64,000 nucleotides of DNA from Amoeboaphelidium protococcarum X5. Taxonomy: Eukaryota; Fungi; Aphelidiomycota. Every line of letters begins with the position of its first letter. The stretch's first letter is position 1. The notes below the pieces were generated by a model. That model ran no database searches, was not told the origin of the DNA, and saw nothing but the letters and a program-made list of their open reading frames with translations. Location: assembly GCA_023515725.1 (NCBI GenBank), contig JALDTO010000213.1:380280-444279 (forward strand). Reading direction: 5' to 3'. Positions 52,407 through 64,000 of this stretch are shown one piece after another. The translations under genes were made by a program, and so were the position numbers.

Positions 52407-53072
52407 ATGTTGAGAAAAATGTCCAAGCTGTTACCGCATCATTCTAATACAGCTGTATTGATTTGTGACATTCAGGAGAGATTTAGATCATCTATAGTGA
52501 ATTATGACAGTATGATTTATAATGCATCTAGGATGGTACACGCTGCGAATGAACTCAGTATGCCTGTATTTGTAAGCGAACAATATCCAAAAGCATTCGG
52601 TAATACAGTGGGTGAGTTGAAGCAGATAATGGAGTAGAGCAAGGACACGTTGCAAGTGAGAAACTTTGAGTAGAAATCGCTCTTCTCCATGGTCACTCCG
52701 CAGTTTGTACATGAATTGCAGAAGATGAAAAATATCCAACATTTTATTCTGACTGGAATAGAGGCTCACGTCTGCATACTGTAGACCACGGTTGATCTGT
52801 TTGAATTGGGATACAATGTGAATCTGGCTCATGATGCCATCTCCGCCTCCTCCCTGTATGAGAAGGATATCGCCTTGAAGAGATTGAGTCAACTTGGTGG
52901 ATCCTCGGCGCAGAACGGATCCAATCGCGTCACTGTGAGCACGACTGATTCTCTCTTGTTTCAGCTGGTGCGTGATGCGAAACACGAAAAGTTCAAGGCC
53001 ATCAGCAATTTGGTAAAGGAAGGCTTGGAGAAAAAGTAAAAGTCATAGTCCTCAGAGTAGTCCAAGATGTGA
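52407..53072 (+). CDS. Isochorismatase-domain protein (ISOC1/2-like) ending in PTS1-like SKM
   Basis: LICDIQERFR, SEQYPKAFGNTV, FSM and GIEAHVCIL(TAG=Q)T; C-terminus ...SEQSKM then TGA. Confidence 0.9.
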
Positions 53073-53342
53073 ATTTTGTTAATATTCTAGCATCATACTT
53101 TGAAATTATATGAATACGTTGCTTTGAGAAAGTTGAAACTTTTAACTAAGTTTGTCTGTAATTGATTGGACTGACCTGGTGTGTTGAGCCTGGTTTGTAG
53201 TCGCGCTGGAAAATGAAAATCTTTCTTGAGCGGCGTCGAAACACAGTTAGTTACGTTGTCCATTCTCTTTCTTTATTGTTAACGCTCTCGTAGAAATACT
53301 TGTCAACAGTTTTATATACTTTATACTTCAACAAGATTTAAG

Positions 53343-54725
<1,383 letters not shown>

Positions 54726-55054
54726 TGATTCACTCTCTCTCTTCTGTGCTAATAATTTGAGTGTGTGTGCATCTGTGTGATACAACTATAGTTGCATGGA
54801 ATGAAGTATCTTTGTCGATTTTACTACGGCTTTTTATTATTTGATTTAGTTTTCAATAATTTCAAGCTTTACAACTATAAAGATGCTCAATATCATTCCA
54901 CTCTTTACCCAATCGCTATTCAGTGAACGTACGCGAGCCGTGAGATTTTAAAGCCTCTATGCTCTGAGGTGATATTTTCTCTTTCGCTTGGTCAACTGAG
55001 CGCGTTCGTTTCCTTCTTTTACTTCTTTTACCATTCACAATTCGTGAAGTAGAA

Positions 55055-58000
55055 ATGGACACTGTACAATAGTTTGTATAAGAGATAGTGTAAAAATTGC
55101 AGGAATGTCCTCATAGAATTGTATGCAGTTTGTAGGTTAAACAATTTTTGATTGCAGTTCTGTGTGAGCTGTACTCAAAATCTGTCGTTATCTATGGTAA
55201 TGCCGGTGATTATGTACATTACATTGACACTTCTCTGGTATCTTTCAATTCAACTCCTTCTGACTTGGATCACAGTGTCAAGTGTATAATTATTGATGAT
55301 GATGAGTCTGCTGTTGCTGCTAATGTGCTTGGTGGAAAGTATGTGTCATAGTAGCAAGTAATAGTTATAAATTTCACTTCATCCTCTCTGTCACAATAGT
55401 CTCGTTTATTGTACATTGATGAACCCATCACGCGTTCTGTTTAGCTATACTCTCCCAATGGTGCTGGTTAATAGTCTCCCTAATTGCAATTAAAATCTGA
55501 TTGCGATGTGGATGTCGCGTATAGTCATTATATGTCCTTGTTGGTCAATTTACATAATTCTGCACGCGATACCTCTGCCGTCAATAAGATGAGTAAAATG
55601 ATCAAGATGGTTCAAGATATGAAAGAGTTGGGTCTATATTTTTAGGCTGTGTTGGCACTGGAGTATATAAATACTTTGAAGCGATCTGTGCCTAAAATAC
55701 ATTTAAAGAGGAGTCACGGTGATGAAAATGGTGGATTCCAATTAGTGGCTATTCCTCAAATGGTGGAGTTTTCTCATTAGCAGTTGGGTAATAGCGGTGG
55801 TAGTGTGGATTAGTTGATGCTGTTCAAGACTACTCTACCTGAACTTAAATCGTTTTAGTCTATTAATGATTTAGATCGGAGACTCATCAGTGATAAAGTC
55901 TTCTCTCTGCTCAATATCTTATAATCGTTCATAAAAGATAGAGTCGAGATGAAGTAATCTGCAGTGATTACCGTGAATGATAATATTGATACAAGTAAAG
56001 TTCCACCAAGAGTGTTAATTGCTGTAGATAGGAAGGCAACGGCGAAGCTGTTATGTGATTTTTTTAATGGCCTCAAGTTGGATTAGATTAAGTGCAACTA
56101 CAATGGAAAGAATCAAGATTGTAATATTGTTATATCCACTGAGCCTCTTCTAAGTCATGTTGATCTATTGGTCATATTTGATGAGAGTGTGAACATGAAC
56201 AAGTTTTAGAATGTCATTACTAATCAGCAATGCTTTTTTATTAAGGCTGAGAATGTAGATGATCATTCATCATAGACGTAGTCACCTTTAGTTGAATATC
56301 TGTTGCAATAGGAGAGTTAGACATTGTAGTATACTCGTAATGGCTTGTTTTTAAAAGTGGACACAGAGCTATACTCTTAAATCTTCTCACTGATGGGATT
56401 TGCCGATTTGAGTTTAGAATAGTCAATGTAGATTGTACAATAACATTGCTCCAGTCTTAGTCTGGACAATTATCATCGACGGTAAAGTATATAGCCGTTG
56501 CAGTATAACGCTCACAGTGATCTTTTATAACATGAGATAGCTCTCAAGTTGCCTCAGCCATCCCTATTGTCTACTAGGGAAATCTTGGGTGGATTGAGGT
56601 TGAATAGTTTGATTGCTCGTAGAAGCGTGTACCACTAGGCTGCCATCTAGATTCAATAACTAGAGTAGTAAGCTAAGCTCACCATAAAGTCGGAGAAGAA
56701 GGTGTTTATGGACGTTAAAAAGGTGAAGTATTATAGAAAAGTTGTGGCATAGAGTTTACACGTTGAAGTCGACTTTGTCCAGTATCTCAGTCTAAATGAA
56801 ATTCTATCTGGTATCGTTCATGGTCGTCCACTGATACATTACGATGTTCCTGAGTGCAGATGGCTCACTGTAATTAAAATTGATTAAGATTAGGATTATG
56901 ACTAAGGTTTAGATAATGTGAGTTGTCGCGTATTTGGACTGTTAACTCTTGCAAAAATTGATGCCGAACTTTGTGACTTTAGTATCTACATAGATGGTCA
57001 GGTTATATAATGTTCAGTGGTCAAAGATTGTAGTGGCCAAGAGTTGACATAGCTTTCGCCTACGTAGTTTAAGTAAATTCTGGAATTTGATCTGAAAGTA
57101 TTTACTCTGCTCATTAATAGTGTTGACACCTAGTTTAACAATGTCAATAGACTATCTACAGCCTTGCCCACGCATGGTAAGAAGTGGTATTATGTCGCTC
57201 CTTTGTTCTTATAGTAAAATGGTGACAATGATGATTAATAGCGATATTCTATAGATTTTGAGATGATTGATAAGGTGTGCAGTTACAAAGCGTCTGACCA
57301 CCCACTATCCGAATGCGTTGAAGACTGTACGCAAGATTAATACATTATTGCACAGCATACAATGAACAAGTATATATCATGTGGCAAGAGTGACTTTACT
57401 TAAAAGTCCAAGCTGTCTGACTCTTTGGAAGATTAGTCTACCGTGTAAACTGGTGTCGATGTCAACTAGTTGAAGAATGATGGTGTGGAGGAGGGAGAGA
57501 TTGACGATCAGGATAATGCGGAATAGTAAGAGGATCTTAGCAATGTCGATGACAGAACATTCGAGTAGTATTACATGGACAAGTATAAGATTAAGTTAAA
57601 GAGGCCAGATCTAAATCTTATCCAGGCACATTATGCTCCAGGACTGCGGAACCTTTCGCGTCCAAAGAGATTAGTGTAGCGTCAAGATGAACGGCGCTCA
57701 CATGTCTATCTTCCTCCAGAGTTGTGCTGTATGGTCCAATTCTATGATGATTTGCAGCGGTTATTCTCATTAGTGCCTTCAATTTTACACAAGATTGAGA
57801 GCCAACTGATAGTTTAAGAATTCAAGTAGAAGTTTGATTGCACTTTATCCATAGAGTAGTTATATCCTGCTTTCATTGCTCCTAATGCAAACGAGGATGT
57901 CAATTATGAACGCTTAGAGACATTGGGAGATTCTTACTTGAAGTACATTGTCACTGCGATTCTGTACGTGATGCAGCCTCAACTTGATGAAGGCGGACTC

Positions 58001-59164
58001 AGCACTCTGCGTGCTAATAGAGTTAGCAATGCCAAACTGTATGAGCTATCAGTTTAAAATGAACTGCCAGGCTATCTCATTGCATCTCCCCTAAATTTGA
58101 AAACTTGGAGATGGTGCGGTATGAAGAGAGCCATGGGCAGAGATGATCGCCTCCTTGTTGAGAATCAGTTGAGTAGTAAGATGATTGCTGATTTCTTTGA
58201 GAGTCTAGTAGGTGCTCACTGTTCTACATTTAATGACGATAATATGGGTGTTGGTGTTGGAAATGCTGATGCAGTGAATAATTATTTGGTTCGAATTGGA
58301 TTCATTTAGTAGCACGAGCTGGATTCTATTGCTTTAGCTGCGTAGTAACAAGTAATACATAAGGTGAATGGTGGAGAGTATGGTGCGTTAGAGTAGCAGT
58401 TGAACTTTGAGATTATTAATGTCAATATCTTTGCTGAAGCTTTCACTCACTTATCCAAGAATAATAGTAGTGTGCTGTCTTATTAGAGATTAGAGTTTCT
58501 TGGAGATGCTGTATTAGATTGGCTTGTCACCAAGTATATTCATGATTAGTTCCCCACGGCTTAATCTTCTGAGATGAGCGACATTCGTCAAGTCATAGTG
58601 AATAATACTTCGTTCGCTAGATTGGGATGTCAGCTAGGATTGCACAAGTACATCAGGCATGAAACTCAGCAACTGCAAACGGATATTGATCTGTTTACTC
58701 AGTGGTTGGTGGTTGAAGCTAATTAAAATATTCACCCCAATATGATGCCATTTGAGGCGCCTAAAGTTCTTGGAGATGTTTTTGAAAGCTTTGTCAGTGC
58801 ATTGTATCTAAATTCTGGTTGTAATTTGCACGCTGTCTGGAAGATTATCGGTAATTGTGTCTTGATTCCATTTATCAAGCGGCATTGCATTGAATCTAAC
58901 CGTTCAAAGTTGGCTAATCCCGTACGTGATTTTAGTGAAGAATGTTCCAAGCTCGGTATAGCTTAGGATAGAGTGAAGATTATATGTAACGAAAGTGGTG
59001 TAAATTAGGCCATATGTAAAATTTACTTGGATAACGACCAGTTGTGTCAAGCTTATAGTAACACTAGTGCTGCTGCCAAGAGACTCGCCTGTATCCAAGC
59101 TCTTGCAAGCATCAAGTAGCGTTACGCCTACTATGACTAGCAGACTAATTTTGAACAGGATTGA
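55055..59164 (+). CDS. Dicer-like protein: degenerate helicase-like N-terminus, DUF283, PAZ, two RNase III domains, dsRBD; 1369 aa, intronless
   Basis: RIIIa NYERLETLGDSYLK...IADFFESLVGA; RIIIb SY(TAG=Q)RLEFLGDAVLD...PKVLGDVFES; PAZ TFEQYYMDKY...YLPPELC; dsRBD NPVRDFSEEC. Confidence 0.92.
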
Positions 59165-59295
59165 ATTCAATTGAAATAGTTGAAACATTGACTTTGTATA
59201 AAGATCATATACTTTCTCTTTTACTTTCCTACATAGCACTTTTTATTGATTTCACAATTTGCGTCTTCAAACTACATTTAATCAACATCCGTAAA

Positions 59296-60773
59296 ATGAA
59301 GTTCTTAATAAGATTTTAGAATGCTGATTAAGTAGTGACTATATGCAGCGATGGAAAATAATATAAGCGCGGTAAAGCAGAGATGAATGATGTATGTTTA
59401 TTGATGTGAATTGTATTGGCGAATTGAATCCATGGAACCTTAGTTGATGTAGGTGGGCCTGCTTTTGAATGCAACTGTGGTGGTGGACAATGATGGTAAG
59501 ATTTTCGCTGTGGACACTGAAGCCAATCTGCAGCAGTAAGACTGGTACATGAATGCTGTTTTTGAATAGACGGTGGATATGCGAGGTAAAGTTCTCATGC
59601 CAGGCTTGGTAGATGCTCATACACACCCCGTTTTCGCTGGTGATCGCGTTCATGAGTTTGAGATGAAGATTGCCGGTGCGACTTATATGGACATACACAA
59701 GGCTGGTGGTGGCATTCAATTCACTGTTGAGAAGACTCGTCAGGCCACAGAGGATTAATTGCTGCAACTGCTCATGCCACGACTGGATCGAATGCTGAAG
59801 CAGGGCACTACGCTGGTTGAGGCGAAGAGTGGTTACGGTCTGGAGACGGAGACTGAGCTTAAGATGCTGCGTGTCTTGACCAAAGCTAATCAGTTGCATC
59901 AGATTGCAATATCTCCTACATTTCTTGGTGCTCACTCTGTCCCGAAAGGATCGACTAGTAAGGATGCCACGCGCAATGTCATTGAGAAGCAACTCCCGGA
60001 ATTGTTGTCTCAGATCAAAAGCGGTGCTGTACAATGTGACAACTTTGATATCTTTATGGAGCGAAATGTATTTGAAGGCGACGAAGCTAAGTAGTTATTG
60101 CTTGCTGGTAAAGAAGCTGGTCTGCAGTTGAACTTTCACGGCGATGAGCTCAACTATGTTGGTGCCGCTGAATATGGAGTTTCCATCGGTTCTCGTGCCA
60201 TTAGTCACTTGGAGGAGGTAAGAGCTTTTGAAAGAACACCCATTTTATTTAAAAGGTCCGTGTTATTATTATAATGTAGATTAGTGAAGATGGTATTTAG
60301 GCAATGGCAAAGTCTGATTGCGCCGCCGTACTTTTACCAACTACGGCTCATATACTGCGGATTACACCACCTCCTGCCAGATTGATGATTGATCGCGGTA
60401 TCATTGTAGCTCTGGGCAGCGACTTTAATCCCAATGCGGTAAGCTATGCATAAAATCTAATTTATTAATTTGAAATGTCTATTATATGTAGCACTGTTTG
60501 TCGATGCCGTTTGTGATGAATTTGTCTTGTGTAATTATGCGAATGACTCTGGCTGAGGTGTTGAATGCCAGCACTATCAACGCTGCATACGCGCTCAATA
60601 AAAGTGACTTGCATGGTTCAATTGAAAAGGGTAAATGGGCTAATCTTATAGTTGTCAATCACTCAGATTGGCGTCATGTTGTTTATGAAATGGTCGATCC
60701 TCCAATACAAGATGTGTACGTCAGGGGGCAACTTGTAAGTTATAGATAAGCAATCCATTTGTCCACTTAATGA
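59296..60773 (+). CDS. Imidazolonepropionase (AMDHD1/HutI), three introns (59392-59452, 60218-60279, 60439-60491)
   Basis: PGLVDAHTHPVFAGDRVHEF, GTTLVEAKSGYGL, NFHGDEL, ISHLEE and ALGSDFNPNAHC. Confidence 0.95.
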
Positions 60774-61149
60774 GCGTTCAACTTATCAAGATCTTCACTG
60801 TTTGAACCATGGTTTCTGTAAATGACCATTTGCATTGTGAGAACTTTCGAATTTATTATACTGTTCATCCACGGGTTTACATAGTTAAATTTGCGTTTAT
60901 CAGTATCGACTATTGTACCTGAAAAATGTGTATCATTAGGCGAAACTTTGAAATAGCGAACGATGACGTGGAAGTGTGAACTTTGTAGCAGTACTCATAA
61001 AGACATTTCAACGCGCAATCTTTTTGAGTTCTAGAGTAATACAATAGTAGTCAATACAATAAATAATTAAAAGTCTAAAAGAAAACCTCACTGTTGGGGT
61101 TAAAAGTATAATGTTTAACTGATATAAAGAAAATGTGAAGGTATCGTCG

Positions 61150-61725
61150 CATAATTAACCTGACAGGACGCGACGAAAATGAGCACCTTCTCTATATGGC
61201 CCGTGAGAGAGGCATAAATGGAAATCAGCTTTCTTCTAGATTTGTGCCTGACGCTGTGTCACCGAGTTAAAGACATTCAAATTGGGAAAGTTATTTGTTG
61301 GCGCAAGTGGAGATTGAGCCGATTAGACAGTTACAGCGATTTGGTGCCCACAAAGATCTGAAACAGATTTCCGTCATTACTCGGCAATCGTTGTTGAAAC
61401 GACATATCTGCATTTTTAATGATAAGAAGCGGGCAGAGATAGGATATCCTCCACTTTGTTTGAAGAATATGGTGTGGTTGAAGGACCTGTCACGCGAAAT
61501 TACAAAGCTATTTAATCGTGTTCAGAGCCATTTGGCGGTGCTGCAAGAATGTGGAGGACTTTCACATGATGAGTAGCGTGTACTGTCCATATACCAATCA
61601 ACCTGATTTTATGCTATCCTGAGTTGGAGTCAACTAGGTTATTGGTCTTTCAGGAGAAGTGAAGAAGGATAATCTGCGGAGACATGATAAGATCGTACTT
61701 CCAAGATTATTCGGTATGATCCATC
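61150..61725 (+). pseudogene. Degenerate accessory ORF, possibly a PD-(D/E)xK-fold effector relic
   Basis: About 150 TGA-free codons, then a frameshifted QPDFML*..VIGLSGEVKK resembling a PD...ExK motif. No clean start. Confidence 0.3.
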
Positions 61726-62030
61726 TAAAATGAATGTTAATGATATAAGTTAATACATAATCAAAAAGCAATTTTAGTTTATCTCTTTTCCCATTAATCA
61801 ACTCTACTTTAAATTGCAGTTATATCATGAACGAAAGTTCGCGCAGATCGGAATGTTTTTACGGTGACTGTAAATTATCTCGATCCTGCAGCGATCATTC
61901 AGGTAAACTTTAGGAAGCCCGTATTACGGTGTCATGTGTCGTGCGACTAAACTTACCATCGATTGATTTGTTAAAACGCGAAACTAAGAATGATTTATTA
62001 AATTGATATAGCTAGACGAAGACAGTAATA

Positions 62031-64000
62031 ATGGAGTAGGAGCTGATGGAATTCCTTATGGAAAATTAGACGGAGTAGCCAGAACTGCTTATAAAATTTA
62101 AATGTAAACCGGAGGCGACTTTAAAGGCATGGGCATATTACACTGAATCTCAATGGATATCTCTCTACGGCGCGACAGGTATTGGTATTTTCAATGTTTT
62201 AAACAAGTATCGTAGTGATCCGTCAAAATAAGTCATTACTAAATTCCCGACAATCCAAAACCCTCTAGTCGATGCTGCATATGAGTAGTATATGGAAGAT
62301 GCATCTCGCTTGGCGTAGTATCCATAGGTAGATAAGGTCGTGTCGATTATGCACGATGTAGAGCTCAAGTATTTTGTGACTAAGAAAGGCTTTCCTCCGT
62401 TCATTTTTATTGATGGATCTTCTGGTGTTGGCAAGACTCAGATGGCATTTACACTAATGAATAGGCTGAAGGCTGAGCGCAGCGTGTATTATATGCTTGC
62501 GTCTGATGTGAATTAGTAATCGTAATTGATATACTAACGATACTAGGGCGTGTCATATGCTCTGACCATGTGCGTTGAGAAGGATCTAACGACTCTCTCC
62601 GAGAAGAAACTGTCATGTAATAACTTTCTGAATGAAAAGCTCTATTGCTTTGGCTTTATTCTCCAGCTGCTTCAAAAAAGTGTCGACTCCTATCACGTCG
62701 ACTTAAATCAAATTTCAATTGATCCTTGCTGGGCCCTAGATGTGTTGGATGTTCTGAAGCGATTCAAAGCATTGCCTGTGATAATAATTGATGAATTTTT
62801 TACTGAAGACCGCTCGATTGACGATCAGTATTAGAAATGCCGTTTACTGCTCAACATGCTCAGGTCTCTTGCTATGTGCGTGGTAATTATGGGAACTAAC
62901 ACATCTGCCACTAATATGCTTGATTCAAGCATTCAAAACCGAAACAGTGGATTAGAAATTGAATGGTGTCACCTGGTTACCGAAATGCCTCCGACGCATC
63001 CGTCACTTATAGATCAACTGCCTGGCTGTATCTCTGATTCTATTAAAAATCTCGTTGTTAATTCTAGGCCTTGGTTTGCTAGGTTGGCTCTTAGCTTCTT
63101 TAAGTAGCAGTGTGAAGATGAGGTTTTTTAAAAGTTATCTGATGTCGACAAGTGTGATTCAATGTGCAAGTCTCTATTCGCAGCTGTCACTTAAGCGAAA
63201 AGTGTATTCAGAGACGCGTCGAGGTCACATGGACAAGTTTGTATGCTGTTTGATATGTTTTATGCTCTGGATATGGAACCTGAATAGACTATTAGGAGTT
63301 CTCTGGTACATCATCATTTTGCACTCAACTACCCTTTACATAATACCCTTTTATTGCTTGGTGATGAAGAACTGCTGTGTGGGACAGAAAGATGGAGATC
63401 TTTGGAGAAATATCCAGTCATTGATCAGGACTTGCTGCTTTATCTCTGTATGTCTGGTGGAAAAGGCTTTTCCCCTTTCATGTCTTTAACCCGAAGATGT
63501 GAGGAGCAGAGAAGAGTGTCATATCAGACATTCAGAGAGACTTTGCGCGATTTAGATTAACGTCGTGGCTTTGCTGTTCACTCTAACAATTCGGTGCAGT
63601 AGAAACCCAATTTTCATGACTTTGAAGGAGATTTGGCTGCAGCAATTGTTGTGTCTTCCCACGTGGGTGGGGTTGGTGGAGTTGGAATTGAAATATTCTT
63701 GTCCAATGTTGTTTATGAACTGAGTTTAGGCCAGAGTGAGTATAAATTATTGGAATTTGGTCCATCGCTGAAATTGAAAAATAATCTCAAAGAGCTGTTG
63801 ATACCTTTCATGGCACCTCCAAATTAAATATGGCCGCGGAGCATGTTGTAGAATCAATCAAATAGATTCAGATTTGCCAATTGTACACAACCTCGTGATA
63901 GTGCACAGGTAGACTTTGAATGCACTGACGGCAAGGTATCTGGGGAATGTAAAGATCGTTAGAAAGTAGATTTTAGTTTGTGTATCTCCTTAATTTAGGA
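62031..64000 (+). CDS. Crinkler/RHS-type (CR) effector-like protein: P-loop NTPase plus REase-fold domain; runs off the window end
   Basis: Walker A FIFIDGSSGVGKTQMAF, Walker B PVIIIDEF, VVIMGTN, and near the window end VDFECTDGKVSGECKD (D...ExK). One frame of more than 650 codons with TAR=Gln. Confidence 0.72.

Noticed and set aside
59339-60034. 231-aa minus-strand ORF (similar cases: 31154-31762, 40201-40656, 52488-52985, 53960-54334)
   Set aside because: Antisense to well-supported genes, with no recognisable motifs.

Overview
Gene-dense eukaryotic (fungus-like, early-diverging holomycotan) nuclear DNA written in a non-standard code: TAA and TAG encode glutamine and TGA is the only stop. 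The supplied standard-code ORF track therefore shows only fragments. Re-read with TAR=Gln, the window resolves into about 35 protein-coding gene models (two cut by the window edges), most intact and 0.1-0.6 kb apart. These include NAD kinase, ILV1, a sirtuin, GCV3, AOS1, CK2alpha, EPT1/CPT1, GSH2, TPS1, COQ9, SLC44, Mid1, RPP21, AK6, RPL31, PHF5A, SEC11, RPT1, Dicer and imidazolonepropionase. There are also two tRNA genes and two islands of decayed mobile or accessory sequence (about 8.3-11.0 kb and 21.5-27.0 kb). The code and gene content fit an aphelid such as Amoeboaphelidium protococcarum, where TAR=Gln is known; this assignment is inference. Most notable observations: (1) all 16 introns I could model end in GTAG, 15 of them in TGTAG, an extended 3' splice-site consensus; (2) both tRNA genes carry the same T1:C72 acceptor-stem mismatch, suggesting 5' repair or editing of nuclear tRNAs; (3) an NBAS/Sec39 homolog appears split into two adjacent genes; (4) candidate host-interaction genes: a GPI-anchored tandem jacalin-like adhesin, a cluster of stand-alone I9 protease inhibitors and a Crinkler-type NTPase-REase. 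All translations and family assignments were made by eye from remembered motifs; no database searches were run.
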